Source of the DNA: Escherichia coli
GTDB taxonomy: Bacteria; Pseudomonadota; Gammaproteobacteria; Enterobacterales; Enterobacteriaceae
Reading direction: 5' to 3' (one strand)
Assembly (NCBI RefSeq): GCF_017348835.2
Contig: NZ_CP071375.1
Length of the DNA stretch: 64,000 nt
This document shows positions 1-13,665 of the stretch, in pieces. Within the stretch, counting starts at the first letter, position 1. Every line of letters starts with the position of its first letter. Made by a program: the position numbers and the translations under genes. Under the pieces are notes generated by a model, which did not search any database, was not told where the DNA came from, and saw only the letters and a program-made list of their open reading frames with translations.

Positions 1-3209
<3,209 letters not shown>

Positions 3210-3229
<20 letters not shown>

Positions 3230-4529
3230 TCTCCCGCATATTGCCAGCATGGCTTTTAATGAGCCGCTGATGCTTGAACCCGCCTATGCGCGGGTTTTCT
3301 TTTGTGCGCTTGCAGGCCAGCTTGGGATCAGCCGCCTGACGGATGCAGTATCCGGCGACAGCCTGACTGCCGGAGAGGCACCCGCGGCGCTGGCGTTATC
3401 CGGTGATGATGACGGACCACGACAGGCCCGGAGTTATCAGGTCATGAACGGCATCGCCGTGCTGCCGGTGTCCGGTACGCTGGTCAGCCGGACGCGGGCG
3501 CTGCAGCCGTATTCGGGGATGACCGGTTACAACGGCATTATCGCCCGTCTGCAACAGGCTGCCAGCGACCCGATGGTGGACGGCATTCTGCTCGATATGG
3601 ACACACCGGGCGGAATGGTGGCGGGAGCATTTGACTGTGCTGACATCATCGCCCGTGTGCGTGACATAAAACCGGTATGGGCGCTGGCCAACGACATGAA
3701 CTGCAGTGCAGGTCAGCTGCTTGCCAGCGCCGCCTCCCGGCGTCTGGTCACGCAGACCGCCCGGACAGGCTCCATCGGCGTCATGATGGCTCACAGTAAT
3801 TACGGTGCTGCCCTGGAGAAACAGGGCGTGGAAATCACGCTGATTTACAGCGGCAGCCATAAGGTGGATGGCAACCCCTACAGCCATCTACCGGGTGATG
3901 TCCGGGAAACACTGCAGTCCCGGATGGATGCAACCCGCCGGATGTTTGCGCAGAAGGTGTCGGCATATACCGGCCTGTCCGTGCAGGCTGTGCTGGATAC
4001 CGAGGCTGCAGTGTACAGCGGTCAGGAGGCCATTGATGCCGGACTGGCTGATGAACTTGTCAACAGCACCGATGCGATCACCGTTATGCGTGATGCACTG
4101 GATGCACGTAAATCCCGTCTCTCAGGAGGGCGAATGACCAAAGAGACTCAATCAACAACTGTTTCAGCCACTGCTTCGCAGGCTGACGTTACTGGCGTGG
4201 TGCCAGCGATGGAGGGCGAAAACGCCAGCGCGGCGCAGCCGGACGTGAACGCGCAGATCACCGCTGCGGTTGCGGCAGAAAACAGCCGCATTATGGGGAT
4301 CCTCAACTGTGAGGAGGCTCACGGACGCGAAGAACAGGCCCGCGTGCTGGCAGAAACCCCCGGTATGACCGTGGAAACGGCCCGCCGCATTCTGGCCGCA
4401 GCACCACAGAGTGCACAGGCGCGCAGTGATACTGCGCTGGATCGTCTGATGCAGGGGGCACCGGCACCGCTGGCTGCAGGTAACCCGGCATCTGATGCCG
4501 TTAACGATTTGCTGAACACACCAGTGTAA
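3210..4529 (+). CDS. C: Head maturation protease / minor capsid protein C (S49 ClpP-like family)
   Basis: GTG start at 3210 gives 439 aa beginning MTAELRNLPHIASMAF as in lambda gpC; the track ORF 3075-4529 is the same frame with an upstream extension. Confidence 0.9.
3924..4529 (+). CDS. Nu3: Scaffolding protein Nu3, nested in-frame in the 3' part of C
   Basis: In-frame internal ATG 714 nt after the C start, the same spacing as lambda Nu3. Confidence 0.7.
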   Translation: MDATRRMFAQKVSAYTGLSVQAVLDTEAAVYSGQEAIDAGLADELVNSTDAITVMRDALDARKSRLSGGRMTKETQSTTVSATASQADVTGVVPAMEGENASAAQPDVNAQITAAVAAENSRIMGILNCEEAHGREEQARVLAETPGMTVETARRILAAAPQSAQARSDTALDRLMQGAPAPLAAGNPASDAVNDLLNTPV

Positions 4530-4538
4530 GGGATGTTT

Positions 4539-4871
4539 ATGACGAGCAAAGAAACCTTTACCCATTACCAGCCGCTGGGCAACAGTGACCCGGCTCATAC
4601 CGCAACCGCGCCCGGCGGATTGAGTGCGAAAGCGCCTGCAATGACCCCGCTGATGCTGGACACCGCCACCCGTAAGCTGGTTGCGTGGGATGGCACCACC
4701 GACGGTGCTGCCGTTGGCATTCTGGCGGTTGCTGCTGACCAGACCAGCACCACGCTGACGTTCTACAAGTCCGGCACGTTCCGTTATGAGGATGTGCTCT
4801 GGCCGGAGGCTGCCAGCGATGAGACGAAAAAACGGACCGCGTTTGCCGGAACGGCAATCAGCATCGTTTAA
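4539..4871 (+). CDS. D: Head decoration protein D
   Basis: 110 aa beginning [12 protein letters not shown]; second ATG of the track ORF, preceded by taaggga. Confidence 0.93.
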   Translation: MTSKETFTHYQPLGNSDPAHTATAPGGLSAKAPAMTPLMLDTATRKLVAWDGTTDGAAVGILAVAADQTSTTLTFYKSGTFRYEDVLWPEAASDETKKRTAFAGTAISIV

Positions 4872-4892
4872 CCTTACCCTTCATCACTAAAG

Positions 4893-4913
4893 GCCGCCTG
4901 TGCGGCTTTTTTT
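4893..4913 (+). terminator. Hairpin gccgc-ctgt-gcggc plus T7 between D and E (attenuator-like)
   Basis: Perfect GC stem followed by ttttttt read directly in sequence. Confidence 0.5.
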
Positions 4914-4926
4914 ACGGGATTTTTTT

Positions 4927-5952
4927 ATGTCGATGTACACAACCGCCCAGCTGCTGGCGGCAAATGAGCAGAAATTTAAGTTTGATCCGCTGTTTCTGCG
5001 TCTCTTTTTCCGTGAGAGCTATCCCTTCACCACGGAGAAAGTCTATCTCTCACAAATTCCGGGACTGGTAAACATGGCGCTGTACGTTTCGCCGATTGTT
5101 TCCGGTGAGGTTATCCGCTCCCGTGGCGGCTCCACCTCTGAATTTACGCCGGGATATGTCAAACCCAAGCATGAAGTGAATCCGCAGATGACCCTGCGTC
5201 GCCTGCCGGATGAAGATCCACAGAATCTGGCGGACCCGGCTTACCGCCGCCGTCGCATCATCCTGCAGAACATGCGAGACGAAGAGCTGGCCATTGCTCA
5301 GGTCGAAGAGATGCAGGCAGTTTCTGCCGTGCTTAAGGGCAAATACACCATGACCGGTGAAGCCTTCGATCCGGTTGAAGTGGATATGGGCCGCAGTGTG
5401 GCGAACAACATCACGCAGTCCGGCGGTACGGAGTGGAGCAAGCGTGACAAGTCCACGTATGACCCGACCGACGATATCGAAGCCTACGCGCTGAACGCCA
5501 GCGGTGTGGTGAATATCATCGTGTTTGATCCGAAAGGCTGGGCGCTGTTCCGTTCCTTCAAAGCCGTCAAGGAGAAGCTGGATACCCGTCGCGGCTCTCA
5601 TTCCGAGCTGGAGACAGCGGTAAAAGACCTGGGCGAAGCGGTGTCCTATAAGGGGATGTATGGCGATACGGCGATCGTCGTGTATTCCGGACAGTACGTG
5701 GAAAACGACGTCAAAAAGAACTTCCTTCCGGACAACACGATGGTGCTGGGGAACACTCAGGCACGCGGTCTGCGCACCTATGGCTGCATTCAGGATGCGG
5801 ACGCACAGCGCGAAGGTATTAACGCCTCTGCCCGCTACCCGAAAAACTGGGTGACCACCGGCGATCCGGCGCGTGAGTTCACCATGATTCAGTCAGCACC
5901 GCTGATGCTGCTGGCTGACCCTGATGCGTTCGTGTCCGTACAACTGGCGTAA
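4927..5952 (+). CDS. E: Major capsid protein E
   Basis: 341 aa beginning MSMYTTAQLLAANEQ, lambda gpE-like. Confidence 0.95.
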   Translation: MSMYTTAQLLAANEQKFKFDPLFLRLFFRESYPFTTEKVYLSQIPGLVNMALYVSPIVSGEVIRSRGGSTSEFTPGYVKPKHEVNPQMTLRRLPDEDPQNLADPAYRRRRIILQNMRDEELAIAQVEEMQAVSAVLKGKYTMTGEAFDPVEVDMGRSVANNITQSGGTEWSKRDKSTYDPTDDIEAYALNASGVVNIIVFDPKGWALFRSFKAVKEKLDTRRGSHSELETAVKDLGEAVSYKGMYGDTAIVVYSGQYVENDVKKNFLPDNTMVLGNTQARGLRTYGCIQDADAQREGINASARYPKNWVTTGDPAREFTMIQSAPLMLLADPDAFVSVQLA

Positions 5953-5993
5953 TCATGGCCCTTCGGGGCCATTTTCTCTCTGTGGAGGAGTCC

Positions 5994-6389
5994 ATGACGA
6001 AAGATGAACTGATTGCCCGTCTTCAGGTGCTGGGTGAGCAACTGAACCGTGATGTCAGCCTGACGGGGACGAAAGAAGAACTGGCACTCCGTGTGGCAGA
6101 GCTGGAAGAGGAGCTTGATGACACGGATGACGCTGCCGGTCAGGACACATCTGTCAGCCCGGAAAATGCGCTGACCGGACATGAAAATGAGGTTGTATCA
6201 GCGCAGCCGGATACCGTGACTGATACGGCTGATCTGGTCACGGTTGTGGCACTGGTGACGCTGCATACTGATGCACTTCACGCCACGCGGGATGAGGCTG
6301 TGGCATTTGTGCTGCCGGGAACGGCGTTCCGTGTCTCTGCCGGTGTGGCAGCTGAAATGACAGAGCGCGGCCTGGCCAGAATGCAATAA
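5994..6389 (+). CDS. FI: DNA packaging protein FI
   Basis: 132 aa beginning MTKDELIARL, ggagg RBS at 5985-5989. Confidence 0.9.
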   Translation: MTKDELIARLQVLGEQLNRDVSLTGTKEELALRVAELEEELDDTDDAAGQDTSVSPENALTGHENEVVSAQPDTVTDTADLVTVVALVTLHTDALHATRDEAVAFVLPGTAFRVSAGVAAEMTERGLARMQ

Positions 6390-6400
6390 CGGGAGGCGCT

Positions 6401-6775
6401 GTGGCTGATTTCGATAACCTGTTCGATGCTGCCATTGCCTGCGCCGATGAAACGATACGCGGGTACATGGGAACGTCAGCCACCATGACATCCGGTGAGC
6501 AGTCCGGTGCTGTGATACGTGGTGTTTTTGATGACCCTGAAAATATCAGCTATGCCGGACAGGGCGTGCGCGTTGAAGGCTCCAGCCCGTCCCTGTTTGT
6601 CCGGACTGATGATGTGCGGCAGCTGCGGCGCGGCGACACGCTGACCATCGGTGAGGAAAACTTCTGGATAGACCGGATTTCGCCGGATGATGGCGGAAGC
6701 TGTCATCTCTGGCTTGGGCGGGGCGTACCGCCTGCCGTTAACCGTCGCCGCTGGAAGGGGGATGTATGGCCATAA
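6401..6775 (+). CDS. FII: Head-tail connector / head completion protein FII
   Basis: Begins MADFDNLFDAAIA; ORF is 124 aa, slightly longer than my recollection of lambda FII, and overlaps the Z start. Confidence 0.85.
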   Translation: MADFDNLFDAAIACADETIRGYMGTSATMTSGEQSGAVIRGVFDDPENISYAGQGVRVEGSSPSLFVRTDDVRQLRRGDTLTIGEENFWIDRISPDDGGSCHLWLGRGVPPAVNRRRWKGDVWP

Positions 6776-7344
6776 AAGGTCTTGAGCAGGCCGTTGAAAA
6801 CCTCAGCCGTATCAGCAGAACGGCGGTGCCCGGTGCCGCCGCAATGGCCATTAACCGCGTTGCTTCATCCGCGATATCGCAGTCGGTGTCACAGGTTGCC
6901 CGTGAGACAAAGGTACGCCGGAAACTGGTAAAGGAAAGGGCCAGGCTGAAAAGGGCCACGGTCAAAAATCCGCAGGCCAGAATCAAGGTTAACCGGGGGG
7001 ATTTGCCCGTAATCAAGCTGGGTAATGCGCGGGTTGTCCTTTCGCGCCGCAGGCGTCGTAAAAAGGGGCAGCGTTCATCCCTGAAAGGTGGCGGCAGCGT
7101 GCTTGTGGTGGGTAACCGTCGTATTCCCGGCGCGTTTATTCAGCAACTGAAAAATGGCCGGTGGCATGTTATGCAGCGTGTGGCCGGGAAAAACCGTTAC
7201 CCCATTGATGTGGTGAAAATCCCGATGGCGGTGCCGCTGACCACGGCGTTTAAACAAAATATTGAGCGGATACGGCGTGAACGTCTTCCGAAAGAGCTGG
7301 GCTATGCGCTGCAGCATCAACTGAGGATGGTAATAAAGCGATGA
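6766..7344 (+). CDS. Z: Tail completion protein Z
   Basis: 192 aa beginning MAIKGLEQAVENL, lambda order. Confidence 0.92.
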   Translation: MAIKGLEQAVENLSRISRTAVPGAAAMAINRVASSAISQSVSQVARETKVRRKLVKERARLKRATVKNPQARIKVNRGDLPVIKLGNARVVLSRRRRRKKGQRSSLKGGGSVLVVGNRRIPGAFIQQLKNGRWHVMQRVAGKNRYPIDVVKIPMAVPLTTAFKQNIERIRRERLPKELGYALQHQLRMVIKR

Positions 7345-7736
7345 AACATACTGAACTCCGTGCAGCCGTACTGGATGCACTGGAGAAGCATGACACCGGG
7401 GCGACGTTTTTTGATGGTCGCCCCGCTGTTTTTGATGAGGCGGATTTTCCGGCAGTTGCCGTTTATCTCACCGGCGCTGAATACACGGGCGAAGAGCTGG
7501 ACAGCGATACCTGGCAGGCGGAGCTGCATATCGAAGTTTTCCTGCCTGCTCAGGTGCCGGATTCAGAGCTGGATGCGTGGATGGAGTCCCGGATTTATCC
7601 GGTGATGAGCGATATCCCGGCACTGTCAGAGTTGATCACCAGTATGGTGGCCAGTGGCTATGACTACCGACGCGACGATGATGCGGGCCTGTGGAGTTCA
7701 GCCGATCTGACTTATGTCATTACCTATGAAATGTGA
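7341..7736 (+). CDS. U: Tail terminator protein U
   Basis: 131 aa beginning [18 protein letters not shown] overlap with Z. Confidence 0.92.
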   Translation: MKHTELRAAVLDALEKHDTGATFFDGRPAVFDEADFPAVAVYLTGAEYTGEELDSDTWQAELHIEVFLPAQVPDSELDAWMESRIYPVMSDIPALSELITSMVASGYDYRRDDDAGLWSSADLTYVITYEM

Positions 7737-7743
7737 GGACGCT

Positions 7744-8484
7744 ATGCCTGTACCAAATCCTGTAATGCCGGTGAAAGGTGCCGGGACCACCCTGTGGGTT
7801 TATAAGGGGAGCGGTGACCCTTATGCGAATCCGCTTTCAGACGTTGACTGGTCGCGTCTGGCAAAAGTTAAAGACCTGACGCCCGGCGAACTGACCGCTG
7901 AGTCCTATGACGACAGCTATCTCGATGATGAAGATGCGGACTGGACTGCGACCGGGCAGGGGCAGAAATCAGCCGGAGATACCAGCTTCACGCTGGCGTG
8001 GATGCCCGGAGAGCAGGGGCAGCAGGCGCTGCTGGCGTGGTTTAATGAAGGTGATACCCGTGCCTATAAAATCCGCTTCCCGAACGGCACGGTCGATGTG
8101 TTCCGTGGCTGGGTCAGCAGTATCGGTAAAGCGGTGACGGCGAAGGAAGTGATCACCCGCACGGTGAAGGTCACCAATGTGGGACGTCCGTCGATGGCAG
8201 AAGATCGCAGCACGGTCACAGCGGCAACCGGCATGACCGTGACGCCTGCCAGCACCTCGGTGGTGAAAGGGCAGAGCACCACGCTGACCGTGGCATTCCA
8301 GCCGGAAGGCGCAACCGACAAGAGCTTCCGTGCGGTGTCTGCGGATAAAACAAAAGCCACCGTGTCGGTCAGTGGTATGACCATCACCGTGAAAGGTGTT
8401 GCTGCAGGCAAGGTCAACATTCCGGTCGTATCCGGTAATGGTGAACTTGCTGCGGTTGCAGAAATCACTGTCACCGACAGTTAA
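7744..8484 (+). CDS. V: Major tail tube protein V with C-terminal Ig-like domain
   Basis: 246 aa beginning [14 protein letters not shown]; the track ORF starts 30 nt upstream in the same frame. Confidence 0.93.
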   Translation: MPVPNPVMPVKGAGTTLWVYKGSGDPYANPLSDVDWSRLAKVKDLTPGELTAESYDDSYLDDEDADWTATGQGQKSAGDTSFTLAWMPGEQGQQALLAWFNEGDTRAYKIRFPNGTVDVFRGWVSSIGKAVTAKEVITRTVKVTNVGRPSMAEDRSTVTAATGMTVTPASTSVVKGQSTTLTVAFQPEGATDKSFRAVSADKTKATVSVSGMTITVKGVAAGKVNIPVVSGNGELAAVAEITVTDS

Positions 8485-8499
8485 TCCGGAGAGTCAGCG

Positions 8500-8922
8500 A
8501 TGTTCCTGAAAACCGAATCATTTGAACATAACGGCGTGACCGTCACGCTTTCTGAACTTTCAGCCCTGCAGCGTATTGAGCATCTCGCCCTGATGAAACG
8601 GCAGGCAGAACAGGCGGAGTCAGACAGCAACCGGAAGTTTACAGTGGAAGACGCCATCAGAACCGGTGCTTTTGTGGTGGCGATGTCCCTGTGGCATAAC
8701 CATCCGCAGAAGACAAAGCAGCCTTCCATGAATGAAGCCGTTAAACAGATTGAGCAGGAAGTGCTTACCACCTGGCCCACAGAGGCAATTTCTCATGCTG
8801 AAAACGTGGTGTACCGGCTGTCCGGTATGTATGAGTTTGTGGTGAATGATGCCCCTGAACAGGCAGAGGACGCCGGGCCTGCAGAGCCTGTTTCTGCGGG
8901 AAAGTGTTCGACGGTGAGCTGA
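8500..8922 (+). CDS. G: Tail assembly chaperone G
   Basis: 140 aa beginning MFLKTESFEHNGVTV. Confidence 0.92.
   Translation: MFLKTESFEHNGVTVTLSELSALQRIEHLALMKRQAEQAESDSNRKFTVEDAIRTGAFVVAMSLWHNHPQKTKQPSMNEAVKQIEQEVLTTWPTEAISHAENVVYRLSGMYEFVVNDAPEQAEDAGPAEPVSAGKCSTVS
8898..8904 (+). promoter_or_regulatory. Programmed -1 ribosomal frameshift slippery heptamer G GGA AAG (G to G-T fusion)
   Basis: Heptamer sits in the G zero frame as X XXY YYZ just before the G stop; the -1 frame continues open to 9338. Confidence 0.85.
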
Positions 8923-9338
8923 GTTTTGCCCTGAAACTGGCGCGCGAGATGGGGCGACCCGACTGGCGTGCCATGCTTGCCGGGATGTCATCCACGGAGT
9001 ATGCCGACTGGCACCGCTTTTACAGTACCCATTATTTTCATGATGTTCTGCTGGATATGCACTTTTCCGGGCTGACGTACACCGTGCTCAGCCTGTTTTT
9101 CAGCGATCCGGATATGCATCCGCTGGATTTCAGTCTGCTGAACCGGCGTGAGGCTGACGAAGAGCCTGAAGATGATGTGCTGATGCAGAAAGCGGCAGGG
9201 CTTGCCGGAGGCGTCCGCTTTGGCCCGGACGGGAATGAAGTTATCCCCGCTTCCCCGGATGTGGCGGACATGACGGAGGATGACGTAATGCTGATGACAG
9301 TATCAGAAGGGATCGCAGGAGGAGTCCGGTATGGCTGA
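8904..9338 (+). CDS. T: Tail assembly chaperone T frame, expected to be made only as the G-T frameshift fusion
   Basis: -1 frame ORF overlapping the end of G and ending at the start of H. Confidence 0.85.
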   Translation: MFDGELSFALKLAREMGRPDWRAMLAGMSSTEYADWHRFYSTHYFHDVLLDMHFSGLTYTVLSLFFSDPDMHPLDFSLLNRREADEEPEDDVLMQKAAGLAGGVRFGPDGNEVIPASPDVADMTEDDVMLMTVSEGIAGGVRYG

Positions 9339-11892
9339 ACCGGTAGGCGATCTGGTCGTTGATTTAAGTCTGGATGCGGCCAGATTTGACGAGCAGATGG
9401 CCAGAGTCAGGCGTCATTTTTCCGGTACGGAAAGTGATGCGAAAAAAACAGCGGCAGTCGTTGAACAGTCGCTGAGCCGACAGGCGCTGGCTGCACAGAA
9501 AGCGGGGATTTCCGTCGGGCAGTATAAAGCCGCCATGCGTATGCTGCCTGCACAGTTCACCGACGTGGCCACGCAGCTTGCAGGCGGGCAAAGTCCGTGG
9601 CTGATCCTGCTGCAACAGGGGGGGCAGGTGAAGGACTCCTTCGGCGGGATGATCCCCATGTTCAGGGGGCTTGCCGGTGCGATCACCCTGCCGATGGTGG
9701 GGGCCACCTCGCTGGCGGTGGCGACCGGTGCGCTGGCGTATGCCTGGTATCAGGGCAACTCAACCCTGTCCGATTTCAACAAAACGCTGGTCCTTTCCGG
9801 CAATCAGGCGGGACTGACGGCAGATCGTATGCTGGTCCTGTCCAGAGCCGGGCAGGCGGCAGGGCTGACGTTTAACCAGACCAGCGAGTCACTCAGCGCA
9901 CTGGTTAAGGCGGGGGTAAGCGGTGAGGCTCAGATTGCGTCCATCAGCCAGAGTGTGGCGCGTTTCTCCTCTGCATCCGGCGTGGAGGTGGACAAGGTCG
10001 CTGAAGCCTTCGGGAAGCTGACCACAGACCCGACGTCGGGGCTGACGGCGATGGCACGCCAGTTCCATAACGTGACGGCGGAGCAGATTGCGTATGTTGC
10101 TCAGTTGCAGCGTTCCGGCGATGAAGCCGGGGCATTGCAGGCGGCGAACGAGGCCGCAACGAAAGGGTTTGATGACCAGACCCGCCGCCTGAAAGAGAAC
10201 ATGGGCACGCTGGAGACCTGGGCAGACAGGACTGCGCGGGCCTTCAAATCCATGTGGGATGCGGTGCTGGATATTGGTCGTCCTGATACCGCGCAGGAGA
10301 TGCTGATTAAGGCAGAGGCTGCGTTTAAGAAAGCAGACGACATCTGGAATCTGCGCAAGGATGATTATTTTGTTAACGATGAAGCGCGGGCGCGTTACTG
10401 GGATGATCGTGAAAAGGCCCGTCTTGCGCTTGAAGCCGCCCGAAAGAAGGCTGAGCAGCAGACTCAACAGGACAAAAATGCGCAGCAGCAGAGCGATACC
10501 GAAGCGTCACGGCTGAAATATACCGAAGAGGCGCAGAAGGCTTACAAACGGCTGCAGACGCCGCTGGAGAAATATACCGCCCGTCAGGAAGAACTGAACA
10601 AGGCACTGAAAGACGGGAAAATCCTGCAGGCGGATTACAACACGCTGATGGCGGCGGCGAAAAAGGATTATGAAGCGACGCTGAAAAAGCCGAAACAGTC
10701 CGGCGTGAAGGTGTCTGCGGGCGATCGTCAGGAAGACAGTGCTCATGCTGCCCTGCTGACGCTTCAGGCAGAACTCCGGACGCTGGAGAAGCATGCCGGA
10801 GCGAATGAGAAAATCAGCCAGCAGCGCCGGGATTTGTGGAAGGCAGAAAGTCAGTTCGCGGTACTGGAGGAGGCGGCACAACGTCGCCAGCTGTCCGCAC
10901 AGGAGAAATCCCTGCTGGCGCATAAAGATGAGACGCTGGAGTACAAACGCCAGCTGGCTGCACTTGGCGACAAGGTTACGTATCAGGAGCGCCTGAACGC
11001 GCTGGCGCAGCAGGCGGATAAATTCGCACAGCAGCAACGGGCAAAACGGGCCGCCATTGATGCGAAAAGCCGGGGGCTGACTGACCGGCAGGCAGAACGG
11101 GAAGCCACGGAACAGCGCCTGAAGGAACAGTATGGCGATAATCCGCTGGCGCTGAATAACGTCATGTCAGAGCAGAAAAAGACCTGGGCGGCTGAAGACC
11201 AGCTTCGCGGGAGCTGGATGGCAGGCCTGAAGTCCGGCTGGAGTGAGTGGGAAGAGAGCGCCACGGACAGTATGTCGCAGGTAAAAAGTGCAGCCACGCA
11301 GACCTTTGATGGTATTGCACAGAATATGGCAGCGATGCTGACCGGCAGTGAGCAGAACTGGCGCAGCTTCACCCGTTCCGTGCTGTCCATGATGACAGAA
11401 ATTCTGCTTAAGCAGGCAATGGTGGGGATTGTCGGGAGTATCGGCAGCGCCATTGGCGGGGCTGTTGGTGGCGGCGCATCCGCGTCAGGCGGTACAGCCA
11501 TTCAGGCCGCTGCGGCGAAATTCCATTTTGCAACCGGAGGATTTACGGGAACCGGCGGCAAATATGAGCCAGCGGGGATTGTTCACCGTGGTGAATTTGT
11601 CTTCACGAAGGAGGCAACCAGCCGGATTGGCGTGGGGAATCTCTACCGGCTGATGCGCGGCTATGCCACCGGTGGTTATGTCGGTACACCGGGCAGTCTG
11701 GCTGACAGCCGGTCGCAGGCGTCCGGGACGTTTGAGCAGAATAACCATGTGGTGATTAACAACGACGGCACGAACGGGCAGATAGGTCCGGCTGCTCTGA
11801 AGGCGGTGTATGACATGGCCCGCAAGGGTGCCCGTGATGAAATTCAGACACAGATGCGTGATGGTGGCCTGTTCTCCGGAGGTGGACGATGA
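9331..11892 (+). CDS. H: Tail tape measure protein H
   Basis: 853 aa, long coiled-coil-like middle and Gly-rich C-terminal part, lambda gpH length. Confidence 0.93.
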   Translation: MAEPVGDLVVDLSLDAARFDEQMARVRRHFSGTESDAKKTAAVVEQSLSRQALAAQKAGISVGQYKAAMRMLPAQFTDVATQLAGGQSPWLILLQQGGQVKDSFGGMIPMFRGLAGAITLPMVGATSLAVATGALAYAWYQGNSTLSDFNKTLVLSGNQAGLTADRMLVLSRAGQAAGLTFNQTSESLSALVKAGVSGEAQIASISQSVARFSSASGVEVDKVAEAFGKLTTDPTSGLTAMARQFHNVTAEQIAYVAQLQRSGDEAGALQAANEAATKGFDDQTRRLKENMGTLETWADRTARAFKSMWDAVLDIGRPDTAQEMLIKAEAAFKKADDIWNLRKDDYFVNDEARARYWDDREKARLALEAARKKAEQQTQQDKNAQQQSDTEASRLKYTEEAQKAYKRLQTPLEKYTARQEELNKALKDGKILQADYNTLMAAAKKDYEATLKKPKQSGVKVSAGDRQEDSAHAALLTLQAELRTLEKHAGANEKISQQRRDLWKAESQFAVLEEAAQRRQLSAQEKSLLAHKDETLEYKRQLAALGDKVTYQERLNALAQQADKFAQQQRAKRAAIDAKSRGLTDRQAEREATEQRLKEQYGDNPLALNNVMSEQKKTWAAEDQLRGSWMAGLKSGWSEWEESATDSMSQVKSAATQTFDGIAQNMAAMLTGSEQNWRSFTRSVLSMMTEILLKQAMVGIVGSIGSAIGGAVGGGASASGGTAIQAAAAKFHFATGGFTGTGGKYEPAGIVHRGEFVFTKEATSRIGVGNLYRLMRGYATGGYVGTPGSLADSRSQASGTFEQNNHVVINNDGTNGQIGPAALKAVYDMARKGARDEIQTQMRDGGLFSGGGR

Positions 11893-12218
11893 AAACCTTC
11901 CGCTGGAAAGTGAAACCCGGTATGGATGTGGCTTCGGCCCCTTCTGTAAGAAAGGTGCGCTTTGGTGATGGCTATTCCCAGCGAGCGCCTGCCGGGCTGA
12001 ATGCCAACCTGAAAACGTACAGCGTGACGCTTTCTGTCCCCCGTGAGGAGGCCACGGTACTGGAGTCGTTTCTGGAAGAGCACGGGGGCTGGAAATCCTT
12101 TCTGTGGACGCCGCCTTATGAGTGGCGGCAGATAAAGGTGACCTGCGCAAAATGGTCGTCGCGGGTCAGTATGCTGCGTGTTGAGTTCAGCGCAGAGTTT
12201 GAACAGGTGGTGAACTGA
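11889..12218 (+). CDS. M: Tail tip protein M
   Basis: 109 aa, lambda order and size. Confidence 0.9.
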   Translation: MKTFRWKVKPGMDVASAPSVRKVRFGDGYSQRAPAGLNANLKTYSVTLSVPREEATVLESFLEEHGGWKSFLWTPPYEWRQIKVTCAKWSSRVSMLRVEFSAEFEQVVN

Positions 12219-12916
12219 TGCAGGATATCCGGCAGGAAACACTGAATGAATGCACCCGTGCGGAGCAGTCGGCCAGCGTGGTGCTCTGGGAAATCGACCT
12301 GACAGAGGTCGGTGGAGAACGTTATTTTTTCTGTAATGAGCAGAACGAAAAAGGTGAGCCGGTCACCTGGCAGGGGCGACAGTATCAGCCGTATCCCATT
12401 CAGGGGAGCGGTTTTGAACTGAATGGCAAAGGCACCAGTACGCGCCCCACGCTGACGGTTTCTAACCTGTACGGTATGGTCACCGGGATGGCGGAAGATC
12501 TGCAGAGTCTGGTCGGCGGAACGGTGGTCCGGCGTAAGGTTTACGCCCGTTTTCTGGATGCGGTGAACTTCGTCAACGGAAACAGTGACGCCGATCCGGA
12601 GCAGGAGGTGATCAGCCGCTGGCGCATCGAGCAGTGCAGCGAACTGAGCGCGGTGAGTGCCTCCTTTGTACTGTCCACGCCGACGGAAACGGATGGCGCT
12701 GTTTTTCCGGGACGTATCATGCTGGCCAACACCTGCACCTGGACCTATCGCGGTGACGAGTGCGGTTATAGCGGTCCGGCTGTCGCGGATGAATATGACC
12801 AGCCAACGTCCGATATCACGAAGGATAAATGCAGCAAATGCCTGAGCGGTTGTAAGTTCCGCAATAACGTCGGCAACTTTGGCGGCTTCCTTTCCATTAA
12901 CAAACTTTCGCAGTAA
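12218..12916 (+). CDS. L: Tail tip protein L
   Basis: 232 aa with C-terminal Cys cluster, lambda order and size. Confidence 0.9.
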   Translation: MQDIRQETLNECTRAEQSASVVLWEIDLTEVGGERYFFCNEQNEKGEPVTWQGRQYQPYPIQGSGFELNGKGTSTRPTLTVSNLYGMVTGMAEDLQSLVGGTVVRRKVYARFLDAVNFVNGNSDADPEQEVISRWRIEQCSELSAVSASFVLSTPTETDGAVFPGRIMLANTCTWTYRGDECGYSGPAVADEYDQPTSDITKDKCSKCLSGCKFRNNVGNFGGFLSINKLSQ

Positions 12917-12921
12917 ATCCC

Positions 12922-13665
12922 ATGACACAGACAGAATCAGCGATTCTGGCGCACGCCCGGCGATGTGCGCCAGCGGAGTCGTGCGGCTTTGTGGTAAGCA
13001 CGCCGGAGGGGGAAAGATATTTCCCCTGCGTGAATATCTCCGGTGAGCCGGAGGCGTATTTCCGTATGTCGCCGGAAGACTGGCTGCAGGCAGAAATGCA
13101 GGGTGAGATTGTGGCGCTGGTCCACAGCCACCCCGGTGGTCTGCCCTGGCTGAGTGAGGCCGACCGGCGGCTGCAGGTGCAGAGTGATTTGCCGTGGTGG
13201 CTGGTCTGCCGGGGGACGATTCATAAGTTCCGCTGTGTGCCGCATCTCACCGGGCGGCGCTTTGAGCACGGTGTGACGGACTGTTACACACTGTTCCGGG
13301 ATGCTTATCATCTGGCGGGGATTGAGATGCCGGACTTTCATCGTGAGGATGACTGGTGGCGTAACGGCCAGAATCTCTATCTGGATAATCTGGAGGCGAC
13401 GGGGCTGTATCAGGTGCCGTTGTCAGCGGCACAGCCGGGCGATGTGCTGCTGTGCTGTTTTGGTTCATCGGTGCCGAATCACGCCGCAATTTACTGCGGC
13501 GACGGCGAGCTGCTGCACCATATTCCTGAACAACTGAGCAAACGAGAGAGGTACACCGACAAATGGCAGCGACGCACACACTCCCTCTGGCGTCACCGGG
13601 CATGGCGCGCATCTGCCTTTACGGGGATTTACAACGATTTGGTCGCCGCATCGACCTTCGTGTGA
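12922..13665 (+). CDS. K: Tail tip assembly protein K (JAMM/MPN plus NlpC/P60-like domains)
   Basis: 247 aa; HSHPGG JAMM-type motif and a Cys-containing GVTDCY motif seen in translation. Confidence 0.88.
   Translation: MTQTESAILAHARRCAPAESCGFVVSTPEGERYFPCVNISGEPEAYFRMSPEDWLQAEMQGEIVALVHSHPGGLPWLSEADRRLQVQSDLPWWLVCRGTIHKFRCVPHLTGRRFEHGVTDCYTLFRDAYHLAGIEMPDFHREDDWWRNGQNLYLDNLEATGLYQVPLSAAQPGDVLLCCFGSSVPNHAAIYCGDGELLHHIPEQLSKRERYTDKWQRRTHSLWRHRAWRASAFTGIYNDLVAASTFV

Noticed and set aside
3396-3887. 163-aa minus-strand ORF
   Set aside because: Antisense inside gene C, no independent signals.
13563-13665. Unusually long K/I gene overlap (103 nt)
   Set aside because: Spacing of H, M, L, K, I and J here is identical to the lambda coordinates I recall, so the overlap is the normal lambda arrangement.
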